64,000 nucleotides of DNA from Acholeplasmatales bacterium (GTDB lineage: Bacteria; Bacillota_I; Bacilli_A; Acholeplasmatales; JAEDCM01): contig JAGCWW010000060.1 of the NCBI GenBank assembly GCA_017961685.1, positions 53-64,052 on the forward strand, in the 5' to 3' direction. Below the pieces are notes generated by a model that was not told the origin of the DNA, made no database searches, and saw only the letters and a program-made list of their open reading frames with translations. A program made the position numbers and the translations under genes. Position 1 is the first letter of the stretch. Every line of letters begins with the position of its first letter. Shown here in pieces: positions 38,701 through 48,630 of this stretch.

Positions 38701-39750
38701 TTACACAATAATTGGCTTTAAAAATTCTTTTCTAAATACGTTTGAATGATATTTTAGTGAATATATTTGACTTGCTCTAAGTTCAAAGTCTAATACTTCA
38801 TTAATTCCTTCTTTAACTTTACTAATTAGGTTAATGTCTTTCTTGATTGTGCTTAAATAATCTCTACCAATAGAATTCATACCTAAAACTCTAATGTATG
38901 AAGGGTATCTAGGGAAATCTAGTTTTAAATCAAGTAAAGTTTTAACTAAATATCTACTAATTCTTGATTCAGTATAGCGTTTAGAAATTAAACTTCTAAC
39001 TAAATCTTGATATGTTGGTTGATTAGGCTCTAGGGCATTTTCTAAGCCTTCATCAATAATTGGTTGATTTAATGTGATTTTATATCTTAATAAATCATAG
39101 TAATTGTTCATATGGTTGAAACCATAATTTCTATAATATTCCATAATTTCTTCTGGAACCATGTCAATTGTTGGACCAAACATTCTTATAGAAGTAGCAC
39201 TTGCATATTTTGATTCTCTTTTAACTGTATGAGGTACAATTAAGCTCTTTAAATCTTTAAGTGCTTTTAAATAACAAATATTCATTCTATCACATGATTC
39301 AAGTGTAGGTATACCTAAAGATTCTAGTGCCATACCACTTGCTTTTGGATAAGAGAAGCCTTGTCCCATAAATTCATGTAATAATTCTGAATAGCTTTTC
39401 TTTTCAGTTAATGATTGAACTTTATTTAGATAATTAATGTCATCAGATTCACTACCAAAATAAATATCTGTACAGTGTAATTCATTTAAAATTGAAACAG
39501 CAGCTGCAGCAAAGATATCAGCACTTTGAATAGCATAAACAGTAGGTAATTCAACTACTAAATCCACACCATATTTTAGAACTAAAGAAGTTTTAATAAA
39601 TTTGTCCATAGGAGATACTCCACCACGCATAGAGTAATTGCCACCCATAACAACAATTAAAACATCAGCATCTTTTTTTGCTTGTTCAATATGATATAAA
39701 TGTCCATTATGTAATGGATTATATTCTGCGACAATTCCAACAATTTTCAT
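38701..39750 (-). CDS. tmcAL: tRNA(Met) cytidine acetate ligase (YlbM family nucleotidyltransferase)
   Basis: GIVAEYNPLHNGHLYH motif. Divergent from ylbN-rpmF, as in B. subtilis ylbM. Confidence 0.8.
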   Translation of the reverse strand: MKIVGIVAEYNPLHNGHLYHIEQAKKDADVLIVVMGGNYSMRGGVSPMDKFIKTSLVLKYGVDLVVELPTVYAIQSADIFAAAAVSILNELHCTDIYFGSESDDINYLNKVQSLTEKKSYSELLHEFMGQGFSYPKASGMALESLGIPTLESCDRMNICYLKALKDLKSLIVPHTVKRESKYASATSIRMFGPTIDMVPEEIMEYYRNYGFNHMNNYYDLLRYKITLNQPIIDEGLENALEPNQPTYQDLVRSLISKRYTESRISRYLVKTLLDLKLDFPRYPSYIRVLGMNSIGRDYLSTIKKDINLISKVKEGINEVLDFELRASQIYSLKYHSNVFRKEFLKPIIV

Positions 39751-39823
39751 ATTAATCACCAATAATATTATAACATAAATGTTATTATTCTCACAATATG
39801 GATATTTTACTATATTATAGATA

Positions 39824-39852
39824 TTGACAATCTATGAATAAAAAAGTATAAT
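39824..39852 (+). promoter_or_regulatory. Consensus sigma-A promoter for yceD-rpmF
   Basis: TTGACA (39824-39829), 17-nt spacer, TATAAT (39847-39852). Confidence 0.7.
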
Positions 39853-39874
39853 TTAATAGGCTGAGGTGATTATC

Positions 39875-40324
39875 ATGAAGTGGACTTTAGGTCAATTAGC
39901 CAAAATGAGTAAGCCAATTATGGTAGATTATGAATTAGATTTATCAAACGAACTTGATAAAATGCCAGATGTAAAAGCCATTACTATGGTGAAAATAAGT
40001 GGTTCTGGTTATGAGTTAGGATTTGATGAATATGTATTCTCACTTGATATAAAGTGTAGTCTTACAATGACTTGCGCAATAAGCTTAGAAGATGTAATTT
40101 ACCCACTAGATTTTCACACTGATGAAATCTTTAAAACTGAGAATAATGATGGTGATGATGTAAATCTAGTTACAAATGAAATTAACTTAGATGAAATCGT
40201 CCTAGCAAATATTATTATGCGTATTCCGATGAAAGTCGTAAAAGAAGGCGCAACATATAATAATGAAGAAAAAGAAGAAGAATACATTAACCCAGCTTTT
40301 GCAGATCTAAAAAAATATTTATAG
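39875..40324 (+). CDS. YceD/YlbN (DUF177) large-subunit rRNA accumulation protein
   Basis: Size, acidic composition and invariant position directly upstream of rpmF. ATG behind GAGGTGA. Confidence 0.7.
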   Translation: MKWTLGQLAKMSKPIMVDYELDLSNELDKMPDVKAITMVKISGSGYELGFDEYVFSLDIKCSLTMTCAISLEDVIYPLDFHTDEIFKTENNDGDDVNLVTNEINLDEIVLANIIMRIPMKVVKEGATYNNEEKEEEYINPAFADLKKYL

Positions 40325-40337
40325 GAGGTGTTTTTAG

Positions 40338-40523
40338 ATGGCAGTACCTTTTAGACGTACTTCTAAGACAAAGAAACGTATGCGTAGAAGTCACTACAAT
40401 ATTTCAGCACCAGGTATGGTAACATGTCCTAAATGTGGCGAAATGATTTTATCTCATCGTGTTTGTCCAAACTGTGGAAACTATAACGGAAAGCAAGTTG
40501 TAGAAAAGAAGGAAGAAAAGTAA
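40338..40523 (+). CDS. rpmF: 50S ribosomal protein L32
   Basis: [19 protein letters not shown] plus zinc ribbon CPKCG...CPNCG. Confidence 0.96.
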   Translation: MAVPFRRTSKTKKRMRRSHYNISAPGMVTCPKCGEMILSHRVCPNCGNYNGKQVVEKKEEK

Positions 40524-40573
40524 TTTAGAAATAGATGCACTAGGCATCTATTTTCTATATATGGAGGATTTTT

Positions 40574-41485
40574 ATGGAGCATATCACTGTTTTACTTAAT
40601 GAAGCAATTGAATACTTAAACATAAAAGAAGATGGTATCTATGTCGATTGCACATTAGGTGGGGCAGGACATAGTTCTTTAATCCTATCTAAATTAAAGA
40701 GTGGTCATTTATATTCATTTGATCAAGATGATTATGCAATTAGTGTTGCTAAAGAAAGATTAGATAAAATATCAAACAATTACACAATTATTAAATCTAA
40801 TTTTGTAAATATCAAAGAAGAATTAGAAAAATTAGGTGTAAATAAAGTTGATGGCATATTATATGATTTAGGTGTATCATCTTTCCAATTTGATGATGGT
40901 GAAAGAGGATTCAGTTATAATTATGATGCGAAGCTTGATATGCGTATGGATCAAAGTAAAAACTTTAGTGCATATAGCATCATCAATGAATATGACTATG
41001 ATTCTTTAGTTAGAATATTTTATATGTATGGTGAAGAACCATTTAGTAAGCAAATCGCTAAAAAAATAATAGAAAATAGACCAATTAATACAACTTTTGA
41101 ATTAGTTGATGTAATAAAAAAAGCCTTACCAAATAAGGTTTTAAATAGTAAAGGTCACCCTGCAAAACGTATTTTTCAAGCTTTAAGAATAGAAGTAAAT
41201 GATGAACTTAAAGTATTTGAAAAATCGCTTAACAGTGCACTTGATTTATTAAATAAGAATGGTAGAGTAGTAGTAATTTCTTTCCATTCTTTAGAAGATA
41301 GAATATGTAAGACAATATTTAAAGATAACTCTGAAATAAAGGTTCCAAAAAACGTTCCTCTTATTATTAAGGAAACTCCTAAACTTAAATTAATTACAAA
41401 GCATCCAATAACACCTTCTGATGAAGAAATTAATAATAATAATCGTAGCCATAGCGCTAAGATGAGAGTAGCAGAAAAGAACTAA
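40574..41485 (+). CDS. rsmH: 16S rRNA (cytosine1402-N4)-methyltransferase
   Basis: [42 protein letters not shown]. Confidence 0.95.
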   Translation: MEHITVLLNEAIEYLNIKEDGIYVDCTLGGAGHSSLILSKLKSGHLYSFDQDDYAISVAKERLDKISNNYTIIKSNFVNIKEELEKLGVNKVDGILYDLGVSSFQFDDGERGFSYNYDAKLDMRMDQSKNFSAYSIINEYDYDSLVRIFYMYGEEPFSKQIAKKIIENRPINTTFELVDVIKKALPNKVLNSKGHPAKRIFQALRIEVNDELKVFEKSLNSALDLLNKNGRVVVISFHSLEDRICKTIFKDNSEIKVPKNVPLIIKETPKLKLITKHPITPSDEEINNNNRSHSAKMRVAEKN

Positions 41486-42105
41486 TGACAAAATTAGAAA
41501 TAGATAATTATTTTAATTTTGATTATAAAGCAAAAGATATTGATTTATTCATCAAGAATAATAAAAATATGGATGTTAGTAATTTAAGAGAGTACGTTTA
41601 TGGAAGTTATTTATATTTTAGAATTTATTTTAAAATATCTTTAAGTAAATATAAAACTAATAAAGAAAAATTAGATTTTGTGGAAAAGAATTTAGATCTA
41701 TTTAGTGATTGGTGGAGTACTGATATGATTAATCAGTTCTTAAAAAAACCATTTGATTTTGAAGATACTTTTTCACGTGCAAAACGTTATGTTAAAAGCA
41801 ATAAGGAATTTACTAAACGCTTTGCTTATGTAATGTTTATATCAGAATTAGCTAAAAATAAAAACAATCATGATAAAATCTTATCACTTATGGAAAATGA
41901 TGATAGATATTATGTGAAAATGGCTATAGCATGGCTTTTATGCGAGCTTTTAGCTTATAATGATGAAATAGCTAAATTTATAAAAGAATCTAATTTAAGT
42001 ATAGATATTAAAAGAATGACTATTAATAAAGTTAGAGATTCTTTTAAGATTAAAGATGAAATAAAGCAAGATTTATTTAATTATAGAAAGGATAATTTAC
42101 AATGA
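41485..42105 (+). CDS. DNA alkylation repair protein (AlkD-like HEAT-repeat family)
   Basis: DWWSTDMI, KEFTKRFAYVMFI and YYVKMAIAWLLCELL parallel the B. cereus AlkD motifs SWWDSVD, IWLQRAAILFQL and FFIQKAIGWVLREY. Confidence 0.55.
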   Translation: MTKLEIDNYFNFDYKAKDIDLFIKNNKNMDVSNLREYVYGSYLYFRIYFKISLSKYKTNKEKLDFVEKNLDLFSDWWSTDMINQFLKKPFDFEDTFSRAKRYVKSNKEFTKRFAYVMFISELAKNKNNHDKILSLMENDDRYYVKMAIAWLLCELLAYNDEIAKFIKESNLSIDIKRMTINKVRDSFKIKDEIKQDLFNYRKDNLQ

Positions 42106-43649
42106 GTATTTTAAGTGCAACAAATATAACATATTCAATAGGTGATAGAGTTATTTTAAAAGATGCGACTTTTAGATTACTTAAGGGTGAACATATAGGT
42201 TTAGTTGGAGCTAATGGTGAAGGTAAATCGACATTCATTAATTTATTACTTGGGCACTTAACAGTAGATGCTGGAACTATTGAATGGGCTAAGCATACTA
42301 AAGTAGGTTATCTTGATCAATTCACAAAACTAGAAAAAGGTAAAACTATTAAAGACATTTTAAAGACAGCTTTTGATGATTATTATAAGATGGAAGAAGA
42401 AATTAATGATGGCTATATGAAGATGGCTGAAATCACTGATGAGGCTGAAATGAATGCACTACTAGAAGAAATCGGTGAAATGCAAGCTATACTTGATAGT
42501 AGTGGTTTCTATTTAATTGATAGTAAAATAGAAGAAACAGCTAGAGGTTTAGGTTTATTTGAAATAGGGCTAGATAAAGACGTTTCTGAACTATCTGGTG
42601 GACAAAGAGCAAAGGTATTATTAACTAAATTATTATTAGAAAACCCTCAAATATTAATACTAGATGAGCCTACTAACTTCTTAGATGTCAATCATATAAG
42701 TTGGCTTAGAAATTATTTACTTAATTTTGAAAATGCCTTTATATTAGTAAGCCATGACACAGAATTTATGAATGCGGTAACGAATGTCATTTATGCAATG
42801 GATAATACAAAGCTTACTCGTTACACTGGTAATTATAATGATTTTATGAATGCCTTTTTGATGAAGAAAAAGCAAGTAGAAGATGCTTATAATGCACAAC
42901 AAAAAGAGATAGCTAAAATGGAAGATTTCATTGCGAGAAATAAAGCTAGAGTAGCTACTCGTGGTATGGCAAATTCAAGACAAAAGCAATTAGATAAAAT
43001 GGTTCTAATTGATAAGGGTGTAGAACATAAGAAAGCAAACTTCATCTTTAGGTTTTCTCATCCTACAGGTACCCTTGCATTTGAAACTAACGATTTAGTT
43101 ATAGGTTATGATAGAGCATTAACTAAACCAATAAACTTAGCAATCAAAAAGGGTGAAAAGATTGCGATAGTTGGTATAAATGGTGTTGGTAAATCAACAT
43201 TAGTTAAGACATTACTTGGTATTATTAAACCATTTAGTGGTAAAGCTATAATGAGTTCAACAGTAGATTTAGGTTACTTTGAACAAGAAGTGAAAAGTGA
43301 CTTAATTACGCCATTTAACTATATCCTAGAAGAATTTAGAACATTAAATAATGGTGAGATATTTGCGGCACTATCTAATAGTGGTATCAAACGTGATTTA
43401 GTAGATAATCCTATGATGACTTTATCAGGTGGTGAACAAGCAAAGGTTAGAATGTGTAAGCTTACAATTAAAGAAACAAATGTAATTGTACTTGACGAAC
43501 CTACCAACCACTTAGATGTTGCTAGTAAGGAATCACTTCATGATGCTATTAAAAATTACCAAGGAAATATTATATTAGTGTGTCATGAACCTGACTTTTA
43601 TAAGGACTTAGTTGATAGGGTAATTAATGTCGAAGATTTTAGATTATAA
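42102..43649 (+). CDS. ABC-F family ATPase (two NBDs, no TM; translation factor or ribosome-protection type)
   Basis: Two Walker A motifs (GANGEGKST, GINGVGKST), two signatures (LSGGQRAK, LSGGEQAK) and a charged inter-domain linker ...ARNKARVATRGMANSRQKQLDKM. Confidence 0.88.
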   Translation: MSILSATNITYSIGDRVILKDATFRLLKGEHIGLVGANGEGKSTFINLLLGHLTVDAGTIEWAKHTKVGYLDQFTKLEKGKTIKDILKTAFDDYYKMEEEINDGYMKMAEITDEAEMNALLEEIGEMQAILDSSGFYLIDSKIEETARGLGLFEIGLDKDVSELSGGQRAKVLLTKLLLENPQILILDEPTNFLDVNHISWLRNYLLNFENAFILVSHDTEFMNAVTNVIYAMDNTKLTRYTGNYNDFMNAFLMKKKQVEDAYNAQQKEIAKMEDFIARNKARVATRGMANSRQKQLDKMVLIDKGVEHKKANFIFRFSHPTGTLAFETNDLVIGYDRALTKPINLAIKKGEKIAIVGINGVGKSTLVKTLLGIIKPFSGKAIMSSTVDLGYFEQEVKSDLITPFNYILEEFRTLNNGEIFAALSNSGIKRDLVDNPMMTLSGGEQAKVRMCKLTIKETNVIVLDEPTNHLDVASKESLHDAIKNYQGNIILVCHEPDFYKDLVDRVINVEDFRL

Positions 43650-43708
43650 GATAACAATTTGTTATCTTTTTTTCTTTATGATATAATAACTAATAGTGGG
43701 GTGATAAC

Positions 43709-45907
43709 TTGATAAAGTTAGAACGTGTAAGTAAGTTCTATTCAAGTGGCGATAATAACGTAAGTTTAGGCTTGCATAATGTATCACTTGAAATGAGCAA
43801 GGGAGAAATAATTGGTGTAGTAGGAGAATCAGGTAGCGGAAAATCTACCTTTTTGAACGTGGTAAGCATGCTTGATACGTTTGAAGATGGTGAGATCTAT
43901 TATAATGGAATACCTGCATCTAGCTATACACAAGAAGAAATAGGAGAATTTAGAAAAAATCATATTGGTTTTATTTTTCAAAACTATAATCTAATAGATT
44001 CATATACAGTCTTACAAAATGTATTAATGCCCTTAATGATTAAAGGTATAAATCCTAAAGAAGCAAAAGAAAGAGCAAAAGAAATAATTAAGAAGGTTGG
44101 ACTTGAACATAGAATACACCATAAAGGAACTAAACTTTCTGGTGGTGAAAAACAACGTTGCGTTATTGCTAGAGCCTTAGCAAGTGATTCAGAAATTCTT
44201 GCTTGTGATGAACCTACAGGTAATTTGGATAGTAAAACAGGACGTGAAATAATTGAATTAATTAGAGATGTTGCTAAAGATAAATTAGTAATCATAGTAA
44301 CACATAATTATGATGAATTAAAAGATATCATAACACGTAGATTAACATTTGCGGATGGTAACTTAATAGAAGATGTTAAATTAAAACCAAAAGACAATGT
44401 AAATGACGAGCTTAAGCCAAATTCTGAGTTTAAGTTTAGTTTTAGAGATAAGGTAAAATTATCTGTAAATGATACTTTTTCAACACCTAGAAAATCATTT
44501 ATATCAATGCTTATCTTTTTAGCAATATCAGCTATTGTTGCGTATTTATATACAGGTTTAATTACATATCAAAATTCCTATTCTGATCCTGGTATTTTTA
44601 ATAACATTGAAAAAGATAGATATGTTATATATGAAAAAAATGATCCAATGAATTATGATGATTTTAAAAACTTTGATTATCATAAGGATGCCTTCTGTGA
44701 AGATAGTGAATTCACTTTCACAACAACTAGTATTGATAGAGGAGCAGTCCTTCCTAGATTTGATTTAAGTAATATTAAATTAAGTAAAGGTAGAATGCCT
44801 GAAAATGAATATGAAGTAGTTTTAGGTGTACCTGAAGAAGGATTATCTACTTGCTATAATGAAGACATTACTTTCAATTTTGGTGTAGCTTATAGAAGAT
44901 ATAATAATATAACAGTAGAAAATGTTCCATACGATCATTTTGTAGAACAAGTTGGTGAAAAATATGAATATGTTAAATATCATGTTGTAGGTTATTACAA
45001 CATTAAAGATACAACTGTTAATACATATTATGTTTGTGGAACAAAAGAGTTTGAAGAAAAAGTTATTGAAACTACAAAGAATTCTTATGCTTTATCATTT
45101 GTTAGTTTTGAAGCATTTAATAGTTATAATTTCAATACACGTGTAGACGTAAATGCAGATATTCCTGATAATGTAATTAAAGTAAAAATGCCTGAAAATC
45201 TTGAAGGAAAATTCACTAATATAGAACAATTCTTTAAAACTTATTATGATGATGAAGCAATAAATATTAGCGATTTAGGTATAACATATGATTTAGTATA
45301 TCAAGGAGTAGTACTTGAATGCCAAGCTAATATTTCTACACTACGTAAGTTATGTAAGAATAATAATTATGTATCAATCTACTTAAAAGAACAAGTTAAA
45401 ATTGATGAAATGACTAACTCACTAGAAAATAAAGGATATGGAGTATGTAACGCAAAAAGTGCTTATATTCATGAAGATATAAGTATGGCATCTATTTTAA
45501 ATACCATTCTTTATGCCTTCTATATTACAGGTGTAATATTTGCGTTTGTTGTTATATTCTTAATTTCATACTTTATTTTAGCTAGAATTTATTCAATTAA
45601 GAATAAAGATTATACCGTATTTAGAACTTTAGGTATGAGTAAAAAGGATATGGCAAGCTTGGTTAGAATTCAAACTGTAATTCAAAGTATGACTTCAACA
45701 TTTGTTGTCTTACTTGCTGTATTAATTTCATATATTGTTGGTCATCCACTTATTAAAGGATTCCATAGAATAGGAATCTTTGGAATAATTGTATACATCG
45801 TCTTTATGTTCATTTATTCACTATTCTTTGCTATTAGATTTAATAGGAAGTTATATAAATTTAGTGTCCAAAAGACATTTAGAGGAGGTGTATTAGGAAA
45901 TGATTAA
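43709..45907 (+). CDS. Fused ABC ATPase / FtsX-type (MacB-like) permease, subunit 1
   Basis: N-terminal NBD (GESGSGKST, LSGGEKQR, ACDEPTGNLD), TM1, ~300-aa extracytoplasmic domain, 3 C-terminal TMs. TTG start behind GGGGTGA. Confidence 0.8.
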   Translation: MIKLERVSKFYSSGDNNVSLGLHNVSLEMSKGEIIGVVGESGSGKSTFLNVVSMLDTFEDGEIYYNGIPASSYTQEEIGEFRKNHIGFIFQNYNLIDSYTVLQNVLMPLMIKGINPKEAKERAKEIIKKVGLEHRIHHKGTKLSGGEKQRCVIARALASDSEILACDEPTGNLDSKTGREIIELIRDVAKDKLVIIVTHNYDELKDIITRRLTFADGNLIEDVKLKPKDNVNDELKPNSEFKFSFRDKVKLSVNDTFSTPRKSFISMLIFLAISAIVAYLYTGLITYQNSYSDPGIFNNIEKDRYVIYEKNDPMNYDDFKNFDYHKDAFCEDSEFTFTTTSIDRGAVLPRFDLSNIKLSKGRMPENEYEVVLGVPEEGLSTCYNEDITFNFGVAYRRYNNITVENVPYDHFVEQVGEKYEYVKYHVVGYYNIKDTTVNTYYVCGTKEFEEKVIETTKNSYALSFVSFEAFNSYNFNTRVDVNADIPDNVIKVKMPENLEGKFTNIEQFFKTYYDDEAINISDLGITYDLVYQGVVLECQANISTLRKLCKNNNYVSIYLKEQVKIDEMTNSLENKGYGVCNAKSAYIHEDISMASILNTILYAFYITGVIFAFVVIFLISYFILARIYSIKNKDYTVFRTLGMSKKDMASLVRIQTVIQSMTSTFVVLLAVLISYIVGHPLIKGFHRIGIFGIIVYIVFMFIYSLFFAIRFNRKLYKFSVQKTFRGGVLGND

Positions 45908-48539
45908 GGTTAGTAATTTAAACAAATACTATAACAAGAATAAAGATAATGAAATTCATGTTATAAATAACTGTAATTTAGTATTACCTAATACAGGCTT
46001 CGTTGTGTTCTTAGGAGCTAGTGGTAGTGGTAAGACAACACTTATAAATGTTTTAGCTGGTCTTGATAAGGCAAAAGGTGAAATATCCTATGATGATGCG
46101 ACTTTTAAGAATTATAAGATGGGTAAAATTGATAAATATAGAAGAAAAAATATAGGTTATGTTTTCCAAAACTATAATTTATTAAACAATATGACAGTTT
46201 ATGAAAACTTAAGAGAAGTATTAGATTTGATTGGTATTACAAATGAAGAAGAAATTGATAATAGAATTAATTATGTTTTAGATATCTTAGGTATTAAAAA
46301 ATACAAAAACAGATTAGCATCTAACCTATCTGGTGGACAAATGCAAAGAGTATCTATCGCTAGAGCTTTAGTAAAAGATTCTAAGATTATTATTGCGGAT
46401 GAACCAACAGGAAATCTTGATAGTGAAAATACTATCGCTGTAATGAATATCTTAAAATCACTAAGTAAAGATAGATTAATTATCATGGTTACTCATGATA
46501 GAAAAAATGCAAGCTTTTATGCAGATAGAATTGTTGAAATTAAAGATGGGGTTGTAGAATCTGATTATGAAAATACAACAACTGATCAATTAGATAATTT
46601 TGATAAGTCTAAAATCTATTTAAAAGATTTAGAACAACAAACTTTATTTATTGGAAATGTTAAAGTTAATTTATATCTTCAAGAGGGTGAGGATATTGAT
46701 GACTTAGATTTAACTATTGTTAAAAAAGATGGAACAATATATCTTCAAAATGATAAGGTTAAATTCTTAGATAAGGATTCTAAAATTAAATTAATTGATG
46801 ATAACTATAAAGCAATCAAAAAAGAAGATATAGAATCCCTTGATTATAATCCAACACCATTTAGTGAACAAAAGAAAAGAAATGTAATAAAACCAATGAT
46901 GCATTCGCTTGCTAATGCTTATAGATCTCATAGAGCATCAAGTAAGAAAATGAAAGGACTTCATGCATGCTTTGTAATTATTGGTGTAGTTATGGCTGTA
47001 TGTGTTTTAATGCTAAGTGTTGGTACATATGTTAAGTCTAATCAAATTGAATTCTGCGATATTGGTTTAACATTTAAAAAATCAGACACATCAACTTATC
47101 CAAAAGTTGCAAAAAAGTGCGTAGAAGAGGGATATATTACAGATGTAACTTATGAAGGAAGTGCCTCATACTTATCTAATATTGCAGGTAATGTAAGGTT
47201 AGATAAAACAATATATTTACTAGATGATAGTTATATTAATGATTCATTAGTTATTGGTAGTAAAGAAATCAAAAATGAAGATGAAATTATTATAACTTCA
47301 AGAGTAGCTGATGAAATTGCTAAAAAGATGGCTAATATTGAAAATATATCTTATAGCAAATTAATTGGTCAAAAGCTATCCTTATCAGCTAAGCAAGCAA
47401 CTATTGTTGGTATCGTTAATTCTGAATCAACAACAATTTATCATAATGGACTACCTAACTATGTTTTAAGAACAACTAATACAAATACTAATGCTTATTA
47501 TGAAGATTATAAAAACCCAACTATGGAATACTATCAAAACATTGAATATGAAATTGTTAGTGGTAGAGATGTTTTAGCTAGTAATGAGTGTATAGTTGAT
47601 ATTAATGCATATCTTTATTCATACAGTAGCTCTCCAGCAATAAGAATTACTTATAATAACGCAGAAGTTGTTTTAGATGTAGTAGGTGTTTATAAGTGTA
47701 GTGATAAATCAGTAGTAATACCACCTAATATTCTTACATATGAAGTTGATTATCCAAAAGCTAATTTCAAGAACATGTCAGGTGCATCAATTTGGGCAGA
47801 GGACTGTGAATTAGTTAGTGGTGTTATGCCTAAAGAGATGGATGAAATATTAGTTAGTGAGTGGTATGAAGAAGGCAATAACCCTTATATTGATATGATG
47901 ATTGAAAGAAACAACTATAAGATTGTTGGTCGTTTTAAATCTAACTTTAGTATGAGAGCAGCTTGTATTGCTTATTCATCTAAAGCATTATTATATGAAT
48001 GCATTAAATGGCCTATTAGAGGAACTACATTTATTACAAGTAATGAAGCTGAAGTTTTAAAGTTATTTAATGAAAGTGGCACACAATTAAAAACTTCATT
48101 TGATTATGAACATGATTTAAGAGTTAAGCAAAAGAAAGAAATGTTTGGCTCAACTATTACTGTAAGTATGATTTTCTTAGCAATAATCGTTATTTATACA
48201 TTCTTTATGATGCGTAGTAAGATGATTCATAGAATTTATGAAATTGGTGTTTTAAGAGAAATAGGTGCATCACGCGGAAAGATTTATAGAATATTCTTTG
48301 TTGAATTATTAGTATTAATCTTTATGACAACAATGATAGGATATTTTGCAAGTCTAATACTGTGTCACTTCGCAAATAAGAAGATTGGTGGATTAATTGG
48401 CTTATTTAGATATTCACCACTTTATGCCCTAGGTGGATTTGTTGTTTTACTTTCAGTAAGTGTAATAGCTGGAATGCTTCCAATATTCACTTTACAAAGA
48501 AAAACACCAGCCGAAATTGTGGCTAAATATGACTTATAA
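45900..48539 (+). CDS. Fused ABC ATPase / FtsX-type (MacB-like) permease, subunit 2
   Basis: NBD (GASGSGKTT, LSGGQMQR, IADEPTGNLD), ~130-aa linker, TM1, ~365-aa extracytoplasmic domain, 3 C-terminal TMs. Overlaps subunit 1 by 8 nt. Confidence 0.8.
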   Translation: MIKVSNLNKYYNKNKDNEIHVINNCNLVLPNTGFVVFLGASGSGKTTLINVLAGLDKAKGEISYDDATFKNYKMGKIDKYRRKNIGYVFQNYNLLNNMTVYENLREVLDLIGITNEEEIDNRINYVLDILGIKKYKNRLASNLSGGQMQRVSIARALVKDSKIIIADEPTGNLDSENTIAVMNILKSLSKDRLIIMVTHDRKNASFYADRIVEIKDGVVESDYENTTTDQLDNFDKSKIYLKDLEQQTLFIGNVKVNLYLQEGEDIDDLDLTIVKKDGTIYLQNDKVKFLDKDSKIKLIDDNYKAIKKEDIESLDYNPTPFSEQKKRNVIKPMMHSLANAYRSHRASSKKMKGLHACFVIIGVVMAVCVLMLSVGTYVKSNQIEFCDIGLTFKKSDTSTYPKVAKKCVEEGYITDVTYEGSASYLSNIAGNVRLDKTIYLLDDSYINDSLVIGSKEIKNEDEIIITSRVADEIAKKMANIENISYSKLIGQKLSLSAKQATIVGIVNSESTTIYHNGLPNYVLRTTNTNTNAYYEDYKNPTMEYYQNIEYEIVSGRDVLASNECIVDINAYLYSYSSSPAIRITYNNAEVVLDVVGVYKCSDKSVVIPPNILTYEVDYPKANFKNMSGASIWAEDCELVSGVMPKEMDEILVSEWYEEGNNPYIDMMIERNNYKIVGRFKSNFSMRAACIAYSSKALLYECIKWPIRGTTFITSNEAEVLKLFNESGTQLKTSFDYEHDLRVKQKKEMFGSTITVSMIFLAIIVIYTFFMMRSKMIHRIYEIGVLREIGASRGKIYRIFFVELLVLIFMTTMIGYFASLILCHFANKKIGGLIGLFRYSPLYALGGFVVLLSVSVIAGMLPIFTLQRKTPAEIVAKYDL

Positions 48540-48630
48540 AAAAATATTTCGAAAACGTTTTACATTTTCTTTACATCTATGATATAATATAAACAATATG
48601 TGAGAACATTTGCTGAAAGAAGGATTTAAC

